Origin: Pristiophorus japonicus
Taxonomy: Eukaryota
Length of the DNA: 64,000 nt
Direction: 5' to 3'
NCBI RefSeq assembly: GCF_044704955.1
Contig: NC_091984.1
Span: 241,118,001-241,182,000 of the forward strand
Below, one piece after another: positions 34,001 to 46,000 of the stretch (within the stretch, counting starts at the first letter, position 1; each line of letters begins with the position of its first letter). The notes below the pieces were generated by a model, which was not told the DNA's origin, did not search any database, and worked only from the letters and a program-made list of their open reading frames with translations. Made by a program: the position numbers and the translations under genes.

Positions 34001-37000
34001 CAGAGGATTGGGAAACTTAAAAACCAGCAAAGAACATCTAAAAAAAATAATAGAGGGAAGATAGATTATGAAAGTAAACTAGCAAGAAATATAAAAACAG
34101 ATAATAGCTTCTACAGGAAGAGAGTAGCTAAAGTAAACGTTGGTCCCCTGGAGGATGAGACTGGGGAATTAATAATGGGGAACGGGGAAATGGCAGAGAC
34201 TTTGAACAAATATTTTGTATCGGTCTTATGGTAGAAGACACAAAAAATATCCCAACAATGGATAATCAAGGGAGGAACTTAAAACATTATCACTGTCATT
34301 AAAGAAGTAGTACTTGGTAAAATAATGGGACTAAAGGTGGACAAGTCCCCTGGACTGATGGTTTGCATCCTAGGGTCTTAAAAGAAGTGGCTGCAGAGAT
34401 AGTGGATGAATTGGTTGTAATCTACCAAAATTCCCTGGGTTCTGGGGAGGTCCCAGCGGGTTGGAAAACCGCAAATGTAACGCCCTTATTTAAAAAAGGA
34501 GGCAGATAGAAAGCAGGAAACTATAGACCAGTTAGCCTAACATCTGCGGTTGGGAAAATGCTGGAGTCCATTATTAAGGAAGTAGTAGCAGGACATTTGG
34601 AAAAGCAAAATTAAGTCGAGCAGAGCCAGCATGGTTTTATGAAAGGGAAATTATGTTTGACAAATTTGCGCGAGTTTTTTGAGAATGTAACGAGCAGGGT
34701 GGATAAAGGGGAACCAGTGGATGTGGTGTATTTGGATTTCCAGAAGGCATTCGATAAGGTGCCACATAAAAGGTTACTGCATAAGAAAAAAGTTCACGGG
34801 GTTGGGGGTAATATGTTAGCATAGATAGAGGATTGGCTAACTAACAGAAAACAGAGAATCGGGATAAATGGGTCATTTTCCGGTTGGCAAACAGCCGCAG
34901 GGATCAATGCTGGGGCCTCAACTATTTACAATCTATACGAATGATTTGGATGAAGTGTAATGTAGCCAAGTTTGCTGATGATACAAAGATGGGTGGGGAA
35001 GCAAGTTGTGAGGAGGACACAAAATCTGCAAAGGGATATAGACAGGCTCAGTGAGTGGGCAAAAATTTGTCAGATGGAGTATAATGTGGGAAAATGTGAG
35101 GTTATCCACTTTGGCAGAAAAAGTAAAAAAGCAAATTATTATTTAAATGGTGGAAAAAAAAAAATCACAAAATACTGAAGTACAGAGAGACCTGGGGGTC
35201 CTTGTGCATGAAACACAAAAAGTTAGTATGCAGGTAAAGCAAATAATCAGGAAGGCAAATGGAATGTTGACCTTTATTGCAAGGGGAATGGAGTATAAAA
35301 GTAGAGAAGTCCTGCTGCAATTGTACAAGGTATTGGTGAGGCCACACCTGGAGTACTGCGTACAGTTTTGGTCTCCTTATTTAAGGAGCGATATACTTGC
35401 ATTGGAGGCAGTTCAGAGAAGATTCACTTGGTTGATTCCTGAGATGAAGGGGTTGACTTATGAAGAAAGGTTAGGCCTGTACTCATTGGAATTCAGAAGA
35501 ATGAGAGGTGATCTTATTTAAACATATAAGATAATGAGGGGGCTCGACAAAGTAGATACAGAGAGTTTCCATTTACGGGGGAATCTAGAACTTGGGGGCA
35601 TAGTTTCAGAATAAGGGGTCGCCCATTTAAAACTGAGATGAGGATTGTAAATCTGTGGAATTATCTGCCCCAGAGAGCGGTGGAGGCTGCGTCATTGAAT
35701 ATATTTAAGGCGGAGATAGATAGATTTTTGAGCGATTATAGGAGTAAAGGGTTATGGGGAGCGGACAGGGAAGTGGAGCTGAGTCCATGATCTGAGCAGC
35801 CATGATCTTATTACATGGCGGAGCAGACTCGAGGGGCCAAATGGCCGACTGCTGCTCCTATTTCTCGTGCTCTTATGTTATCCTCTCAATCCTCTCTGCT
35901 TCAAGGAGAACAACCCCAGCTTCTCCAATCTATCAACATAACTGAAGTCCCTCATTCCTGGAATCATTCTCGTAAATCTTTTCTGCACCCTCTCTAAGGT
36001 CTTCACATCCTTCCTAAAGTGCGGTGCCTAGAATTGGACACAGCATCCCAGTTGGGGCTGCATCAATATTTTATACAGGTTCATCATAATTTCCACACTT
36101 TTGTATTCTATACCTCTATTTATGAAGCCCTGTCACCTTCAACAATTCATGCACACAGGTGTCTCTGTTCATGTATCCACTTTAGGATTGTACTATTTAG
36201 TTTATATATCCTCTCATTCTTTCGACCAAAATGCATCACTTCACACTTTTCTGCGTTAATTTTCATCTGCAACGTGTCTGCTCATTTCACCAGCCTGTCT
36301 ATGCACTTCTGGTATCATCCTTATAAATCTTTTTTGCACCCTCTCCAGTGACTATATCTTTTTTATAATATGACGACCAGAATTGTACACAGTACTCCAA
36401 GTGTGAACTAACCAAGATTCATTACAGGTTTAGCATAACTTCCCTACTTTTCAATTCTATCCTCAGAGGAGGACAAAGGGTTTAATTAGGAGGGGAAAAT
36501 AGAGTATGAGAGGAAGCTTGCTGGGAACATAAAAACTGACTGCAAAAGTTTCTATAGATATGTGAAGAGAAAAAGATTAGTGAAGACAGATTCGGGTGAC
36601 TTTATAATGGGAAACAAAGAAATGGCAGACCAGTTGAACAAATACTTTGGTTCTGTCTTCACGAAGGAAGACACACATAACCTTCTGGAAATACTAGGGG
36701 ACCGAGGGTCTAGCGAGGAGGAGGAACTGAAGGAAATCCTTATTAGTCGGGAAATTGTGTTAGGGAAATTGGTGGGATTGAAGGCCGATAACTCCCCAGG
36801 GCCTGATAGTCTGCATCCCAGAGTACTTAAGGAAGTGGCCCTAGAAATAGTGGATTCATTGGTGATCATTTTTCAACAGTCTATCGACTCTGGATCAGTT
36901 CCTATGGACTGGTGGGTAGCTAATGTAACACCACTTTTTAAAAAAGGAGGGAGAGAGAAAACGGGTAATTATAGACCGGTTAGCCTGACATCAGTCATGG

Positions 37001-40000
37001 GGAAAATGTTGGAATCAATTATTAAAGATGAAATAGCAAATCATTTGGAAAGCAGCGACAGGTTCGGTCCAAGTCAACATGGATTTAGGAAAGGGAAATC
37101 ATGCTTGACAAATCTTCTTGAATTTTTTGAGGATGTAACTAGTAGAGTGGACAAGGGAGAACCAGTGGATGTGGTGTATTTGGACTTTCAAAAGGCTTTT
37201 GACAAGGTCCCACATAAGAGATTGGTGTACAAACTTAAAGCACATGGTATTGGGGGTAATGTATTGACGTGGATAGAGAACTCGTTGGCAGACAGGAAGC
37301 AGAGAGTCGGGATAAACGGCAGTCAGTGACTAGTGGGGTGCCGCAGGGCTCAGTGCTGGGATCCCAGCTATTTACAATATTCATTAATGATTTAGACAAA
37401 GGACTTGAGTGTAATATCTCCAAGTTTGCAAATGACACTAAGCTGGGTGGCGGTGTGAGCTGTGAGGAGGGTTCTAAGAGGCTGCAGGGTGACTTGGACA
37501 GGTTAGGTGAGTGGGCAAATGCATGGCAGGTGCAGTATAATGTGGATAAATGTGAGGTTATCCACTTTGGTGGCAAAAACACGAAGGCAGAATAGAATCT
37601 TAATTGGGGCAGATTAGAAAAAGGGGAGGTGCAACGAGACCTGGGTGTCATGATACATCAGTCATTGAAAGTTGGCATGCAGGTATAGCAGGCGGTGAAG
37701 GAGGCAAATGGTATGTTGGCCTTCATAGCTAGGGAGTTTGAGTATAGGAGCAGGGAAGTCTTACTGCAATTGTACAGGGCCTTGGTGAGGCCTCACCTGG
37801 AATATTGTGTTCAGTTTTGGTCTCCTAATCTGAGGAAGGACCTTCTTGCTATTGAGGGAGTGCAGCGAAGGTTCACTAGACTGATTCCCGGGATGGCTGG
37901 ACTGACATATGAGGAGAGACTGGATCGACTGGGCCTGTATTCATTGGAGTTTAGAAGGATGAGAGGGGATCTCATAGAAGCATATAAAATTCTGACGAGA
38001 CTGGACAGGTTAGATGCAAAAAGAATGTTCCCGATGTTGGGGAAGTCCAGAACCAGGGGATACAGTCTAAGGATAAGGGGTAAGCTATTTAGGACCGAGA
38101 TGAGGAGAAACTTCTTCACCCAGAGAGTTGTTAATCTGTGGAATTCGCTACCGCAGAGAGTTGTTGAGGCCAGTTCATTGGATATATTCAAAAGGGAGTT
38201 AGCTATGGCCCTTACGGCTAAAGGGATCAAGGGGTATGGAGAGAAAGCAGGAAAGGGGTACTAAGGGAATGATCAGCCATGATCCTATTGAATGGGGTAC
38301 AGGTTCGAAGGGCCGAATGGCCTACTCCTGCACCTATTTTCTATGCTTCTATCCCTCTAGAAATAAAACCTAGTGCTTGGTTTGCTTTTTTTTTTAATGG
38401 CCTTGTTAACCTATGTCTCTATTTTTAGTGATTTTCTGTATCTGTACTCCCAGATCCCTTTGTTCCTCTACCCCACCTAGACTCGCCCTCCAAGTACTAA
38501 GCAACCTCCCTATTCTTCCTGGCAAAATGTAATACCTCACATTTATTTGTGTTGAATTTCATTTGTCAATTATATGTTGTTTAGGGAAAGAAATTGCCCG
38601 GTCTGCCCTGTATGTGACTCCAGACCCACAGCAATATGGTTGACTCTTCACTGCTGTCTGAAATGGCGGCTCACCGCCACCTTCTCCAGGGCCATTAGAG
38701 ATGGGCAATAAATGCTGGCCTCGCCCACATCCCCAGAACAAATCAAAAAAATAACAGGCATGTGACAGTGCCACCTAGGGACACCCAGTCTAATCCCACT
38801 CCCTCTGAGAATCCCATATTTCAATCACTTGGCAGAGATTTTTTCCCCCGAACCCTCACATTTACTTTTTTGTGTTTTGCCGACATGAATCCCCTGGGGT
38901 TGGTGTCAAAGGGGAGGTGTCAGCGCAGCACCCCCTGGCGGGCGGGCGGGTTACCTTCCTCGTTCATGGCGCCACCTCTCCTGCTCCATCTCCGCCACCG
39001 CTTGAACTCTCGCGCGCCTCAATCTCTCGGGGCCGACGGAGGCTCAGCTGTGGCGCGGTGTTGAGGACTGTTTAAGTCGGCTCGGCCGGGCCCTGGGCGC
39101 TGACTGAAATGTTTAGGCTCTGCCCCCCCTAGTCCTAGACTCCCCAGCCAGTGGAAACAGTTTCTCTCTATCTACCCTCTCTGTTCCCCTTAATATCTTG
39201 AAAACTTTGATCAGATCGCCCCTTAACCGTCTAAATTCTAGGGAATGCAAACCTAATTTGTGTAATCTCGCTTCGTAATTTAACCCTTGAAGTTCTGGTA
39301 AACCTACTCCCTCCAAGACCAACATAGGTGTGATGCCCAGAACAGCTCACAGTGCTCCAGGTGTGGGCTAACCAGGGTTTTGTACAGCTGCAGCATAACT
39401 TCTACCCCCTTCTATTCTAGTCCTCTCGATATAAAGGCCAGCATTCCATTAGCCTTTTTGATTATTTTCTGTACCTGTTCATGACATTTTAATGATCGAT
39501 GTACTTGAACCCCCAAGTCTTTTTGGACATCCACTGCTTTTATTCTTTCACCATTTACCCTGTTCTATCCTTTTTAGGTCAAAGTGGATGACCTCACATT
39601 TGCCTACATTTAAATCCATTTGTTTTGTCCATTCACTTAATCTATCAATATCACCTTGTAATTTTATGCTTCCATTTACCCTACCTACAATTCTACCTAA
39701 CTTTGCATCATTGGCAAAATTGAATATGTGACTTTCTATGCCATCATCTAAGTCATTACTAAATACTGTGAATAGTTGAGACGCCAACACAGATCCCTGC
39801 AGGACACACTAGTCACCTCCTGCCCATTGGAGTACCTGCCCATTATCCCTATTGCCTGTCTATGCCGCTCAGCCAGTGTCCTAACCAGGTCAATAATTTG
39901 CCCTCAGTTCCATGGGCTTCAACTTTAGTTAACAGCCTCGTAAGTGGGACTTTATCAAATGCCTTCTGGAAGTCCATATAAATAACATCCATAGACATTC

Positions 40001-43000
40001 TCCTGTCCACTAATTTAGTCACCTCTTCAAAAAATTCAATCTGGTTTGTCAGGCATGACCTGCCTTTCACAAATCTATGCTGGCTCTCTCTGATATCTGA
40101 ACATTTTCGAGGTGTTCAGTCACCCTATCCTTAATTATAGACTCCAGTAATTTCCCCACCACAGATGTTAGGCTAACTGGTCTATAATTTCCTGGTTTCT
40201 CTATCTCACCATTTTTAAATAGCAGATGACATGCACAATTTTCCAATCTAAAGTAATGGTTCCTGAATCGAGAGAACTTTGCAGATGCCCGAACTATAAT
40301 CTTCAAATGTACTCACCTACTTCCTTTAAACCCTGGGATGGAAACCATCTAGCCCTGGGGATTTGTCACTCTTTAGTGCCATTATTTTCTTCAGTACTGT
40401 TATTTTACTTACACTAATTTTATTGAGTTCCTGTCCCTGATTTAGTTTCCTTGTGATTTCTGGAATGCTATCTTCGTCCTCTGCTGTAAATACTGACACA
40501 CAATAATTGTTCACCAAGTCCGCCATTTCCTTATTATCATTGATAATATCGCCATTTTCAGTTTTTAAGGGGCCAACATTGCTCCTGACTTCCCTCTTTT
40601 TCCTAATATAATTGTGAAAATAATTTGTGATGATTTTGATATCCCTTGCGAGTTTCCTTTCATGCTCCCTTTCTGTAGCTCCGACTATCTGTTTTGTGAC
40701 CCCTTGCTGTTTTTGTATATTTCCATTCGCCAGGATCTGCTATTTTTTGCATTTTTGTGTGCTTTTCCCTTTAGTTTTATGTTGTCCCATACCTCGTTAG
40801 TCGTGCATGGTTGTTTTTTTTGGCAAGTAGCACTCTTGCCCCTCTGGCTAGAGTCTATAATTAAGGAGAGGGTAACTGAGCAGTTGATCAGGGAGAGCCA
40901 ACATGGATTTGTGAAAGGTCGGTCGGGAACTACTGACGATTATTGCAGCATTGGGCAGTAAGGATTTTGCAAGATGTTAAATGGCTGCCTTCTAAATGTT
41001 ATGGACTGCAAACTGAGGTGGATCAAGCTCCGAGCTTGGAAAGCGTTACAACAGCCGGGAACCCGATGGAACTGCAGCCCCAGAGTGCTGTTGCCAGCTC
41101 TGGTTGGAGGTGTTCCTGGAGGTTTGATCATGTGACGCCTTATCAGTTTGCACATTATTGCATTTGTATAAAGATCAGGCCCCCTGTAGTCGAGTATCTT
41201 TGCTCCAGCAGCTGTTGTGTGAGCAATTGGGCACCAGTTGGGAAAACCAGGAGACCACCCTCGAACCAGTGAAGAAAGGTGCAAAGCACAGGTGTGAATG
41301 TGAAGTGCAAACTCTGCTTTTTTTCCCCGGTTGCGGGTAACAACGGGAATGGAGATCAGCCTTCCATTCCGGGAGTGTTAGCAATACTATTAACTAGGGC
41401 TTCAGCAGTAATCCCTGAGGCAGAGTCAGCATGGATTTATGAAAGGGAAGTCACGTTTGACAAATTTTCTGGAGTTCTTTGAGGATGTAACGAACAGGGT
41501 GGATAAAGGGGAACCAGTGGATGTGGTGTATTTGGACTTCCAGAAGGCATTTGACAAGGTCACACATAAAAGGTTACTGCACAAGATAAAAGTTCACGGG
41601 GTTGGGGGTAATATATTAGCATGGATAGAGGATTGGCTAACTAACAGAAAACAGAGAGTCGGGATAAATGGTTCATTCTCTGGTTAGCAATCAGTAACTC
41701 GTGGGGTGCCGCAGGGATCAGTGCTTGGAAACCAACTATTTGCAATCTATATTAACGACTTGGACGAAGGGACTGAGTGTAACGTAGCCAAGTTTGCTGA
41801 CGATACAAAGATGAGAGGAAAAGCAATGTGTGAGGAGGACACACAAAATCTGCAAAAGGACATAGACAGGCTAAGTGAGTGGGCAAAAATTTGGCAGATG
41901 GAGTATAATGTTGGAAAGTGTGAGGTCATGCACTTTGGCAGAAAAAAAATCAAAGAGCAAGTTATTATTTAATGGAGAAAGATTACAAAGTGCCGCAGTA
42001 CAGCGGGACCTGGGGGTACTTGTGCATGAAACACAAAAGGATAGTATGCAAGTACCGCAAGTGATCAGGAAGGCCAATGGAATCTTGGCCTTTATTGCAA
42101 AGGAAATGGAGTATAAAAGCAGGGAAGTCTTGCTACAAGGTATTGGTTTTCATATTTACGTTAGGATATACTTGCTTTGGGGGCAGTTCAGAGAAGGTTC
42201 ACTAGGTTGATTCCGGAGATGAGGGGGTTAACTTCTGAGGAAAGGTTGAGTAGGTTGGGCCTCTACTCATTGGAATTCAGAAGAATGAGAGGTGATCTTA
42301 TCGAAACGTATAAGATTATGAGGGGGCTTGACCAGGTGTATGCAGAGAGGATGTTTCCACTGATGAGGTAGACTAGAACTAGAGGGCACGATCTTAGAAT
42401 AAGGGGCCGCCCATTTAAAACTGAGATGAGGAGATAAGGGGATAAGGGGTTATGGGGAGCGAGCAGGGAAGTGGAGCTGAATCATGATCTGATCAGCCAT
42501 GATCTTCTTGAATGGCGGAGCAGGCTCGAGGGGCCATATGGCCAGCTCATATTTCAAGTTCCTTAATGAATTTTATGGGCCACAGTGAATGAAGTGCCTG
42601 GCTGAGGTCAGTAATATTCCCAGCTCCCAGTGACCTCCCTCGGTCCCTCTCCTCACGTTCTACGCTGAGTGATGTGCAGTTGCAAACCTCCTTTGGAGAC
42701 AATTGGTGGCTCACACCACCCCATCACCTGGTCTGCTGACGGGATATGTTTGAAAGAAATTTGCCTCTGAAAAGTAACCCGGAACAGAATCCAGCTGACT
42801 GATTTGCACGAGGGCTAGACGTCGGTAACCTGCAATGCAATTGGATAAGACCACTTCTGGCATGAATGTCAGACTCACTAGGCTGCGGGCGGAATTTGTA
42901 CTTTTATCCCGAGTTGTGAGCAGCAATGTCTGGGAGATTCATCCTCCATTCTGGAGACTCCCGGCCAATCTGGGATTGCTGGCAGCCCTACACGAGAGAA

Positions 43001-46000
43001 CGTGATTGGGCCTGTGAGGACAGAAATTGTTACAGGGATTTTTAAGACAAATGCGGCCTCTTCATGGTCAGCTTTAACTGGTTCTTGGCAATTTTCTGTG
43101 CGTTTGTTTAACTTTTCTTTAGTTCAGCAGATCAAAGTAGCACCAACTGCTTAAAAGAAAATCTGGGCAAAGTTTATTTTTGAGCATTTGGGCACTGGGT
43201 GAAGCTGGGCAGGAGGTGGGAGATGGGTGGAGAATGGGCACTGGGTAGGGGATGGGTGCTGGGCTGGGGAAGGGCACTGGGTGAAGCTGGGCAGGAGGCG
43301 GGAGATGGGCGGAGAATGGGCACTGGGTAGGGGATGGGTGCTGGGCTGGGGAAGGGCACTAGGTGAAGCTGGGCGGGAGGCGGGGGATGGGTGGGGTATG
43401 GGTGCCAGGCGGGAGATGGGCTGGGGATGGGTGCTGGGTACTGGATGAAGCTGGGTGGGAAGGGGTACCGACAGAAGCCTCGGAGCCAAACTCAAGCGCC
43501 ACGTAAGTGACTGAGGGTGACATACGTTACTGCATTTGGTGTTAGAAATTGTTAGCTGTATGCAGTCAGCTGGCTGAAGAAATAAGATGATGACTGAAAA
43601 TGTGATTTCATTATTTTGTTTGACTGCTGATTGTTGATTGGAAAACATTCTCGTTCCCGTGTCCAGCTGCTGAAATGTTAGTTCTGTATTAATGTTATTA
43701 CAGATCGATCACTCGATTCTCAATGTGCTGTTGACCCTGGACCGACGGCTAGTACTGTGTCAAGATTTAGCAAATGAAACCGACTGTTGTCTGGAACCTC
43801 TGTGCATTATTGAAACTCTCCGCGTGACTGCTTGTCTGAATTACGAAGTTGTGGCGACTCTGATCGTTCAAGTTATAATATACACGAACTCGACTTTCAG
43901 TGGGATTGTAAATGGTAAGTGTTATGTATATAAACAGTACCAATGTGTAAGACTTGCCACCAGGGGGCGCACCTGTGGGAGACCCAAGGGTCACCTGCAC
44001 ACCCTGGGCAAGCAGGTATAAAAGGCAGTCTACTACGCTGCCTCCTCACAATAAAGAGACCAAGGTCACGACAGTTTCAGCTTAAGATATAGAGTCTTGT
44101 GGAGTTATTCTAAACGTAACAATTGGTGACGAGTAACAGATCACGAACTTTCACACAGTTATGGCTGCTGTTGGTATTCTTGAGAGATTTGTTGAGGGTG
44201 ATGATTGAGCGTCTTGACCAGTACTTCGTGGCCAACGAGCTGGAAAAGGAAGAAACTGCGGTCAAGCACAAGGCGATTCTCCTCACCATTTGCGGGTCCA
44301 CGATATATGGCCTCATCAAAAATCTGCTGGCACCGACAAAACCAACGGAGAAGACATACGAGGAGCTGTGCACGTTGGTTCAGGAACACCTGAAGCTGAA
44401 GGAAAGCATCTTGATGGACAGGTATCGGTTTTATACGCACCACCGCTCCGAGGGCCAGGATGTGGCGAGCTATGTCGTCGACCTAAGACGCCTTGCGGGA
44501 CCGTGCGTATTTGCTGGATTTTTGGGGGAAGTGTTGCGGGACTTTTTCGTGCTTGGAATTGGCCACGAGGTCATTCTTCACAAATTGCTGTCTGCCAAAT
44601 GCTTAGATCTGAGCAAGGCCATAATGATAGCCCAGGCTTCGATAACACGAAACAGATATCATTGCAGCATCGGAACTCACCGGCAAGTACTGTGCATAAA
44701 ATAACGCCTACAGCAGGCAGAACTGTACATGGCAGGGCCTGCACACCCGCAGAGGCCAGACCTAGGATGACTAAGAGTCCACCGTGGGGTGTGAATGTGA
44801 ATCCATTAACACCATGTTGGCGCTGCGGGGGTAATCATCGAGCCCATCGATGTCGATTCAAGCACTACGTGTGCAAGGGCTGTGGAACAATGGGGCACCT
44901 CCAGCGAATGTGCAGACGTGCTGTGACTCACCACGTGGCAGAGTCGGCAGAAGATGACCGATCCGGCGCGGATCACACAGGATGCGTAAGAGAGGCAACT
45001 CAACCCGAGGCTAAAGAGGAAGTGTATGGGGTACACACCAAGAGCCCTCCGATAATGTTAAGTCAAATTAAACGGCATTCCAGTTTCCATGGAATTGGAC
45101 ACTGGAGCGGGTCGGTCAATTATGAGTCAGAAGGCTTTTGAGAAACTGTGGGGCAACAAGGCACAAAGGTCAAAACTAAGCCCAATCCACACCAAGCTGC
45201 GCACTTACACCAAAGAGCACATACCAGTCATTGGCAGTGCGGCAGTGAAGGTATCGTACAATGGATTGTACCAGGCAATGGCCCAACACTGTTCATAGAA
45301 ACATAGAAAATAGGTGCAGGAGGAGGCCATTCGGCCCTTCGAGCCTGCACCACCATTCAATAAGATTAAGGCTGATCAGTACCTCTTTCCTGCTTTCTCT
45401 CCATACCCCTTGATCCCCTTAGCCGTAAGGGCCATATCTAACTCCCTCTTGAATATATCCAATGAACTGGCATCAACAACTCTCTGCGGCAGGGAATTCC
45501 ACAGGTTAACAACTCTCTGAAGTTTCTCCTCATCTCAGTCCTAAATGGCCTACCCCTTATCCTAAGACTGTGTCCCCTGGTTCTGGACTTCCCCAACATC
45601 AGGAACATTCTACCTGCATCTAACCTGTCCCATCCTGTCAGAATCTTATATGTTTCTATGAGATTCCCTCTCATCCTTCTAAACTCCAATGTATAAAGGC
45701 CCAGTTGATCCAGTCTCTCCTCATATGTCAGTCCAGCCATCCCGGGAATCAGTCTGGTGAACCTTTGCTGCACTCCCTCAATAGCAAGAACATCCTTCCT
45801 CAGATTAGGAGACCAAAACTGAACACAATAATTCAGGTGAGGCCTCATCAAGGCCCTGTACAATTGGAGTAAGACCTCCCTGCTCCTATACCCAAATCCC
45901 GTAGCTATGAAGGCCAACATACCATTTGCCGCCTTCACTGCCTGCTGTACCTGTATGCCAACTTTCAATGACTGATGAGCCATGACACCCAGGTCTCGTT

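Noticed and set aside
36562-38264. Active LINE or novel reverse-transcriptase system
   Set aside because: 5'-truncated with frameshifts and stops; ordinary CR1 copy, as are the other RT ORFs
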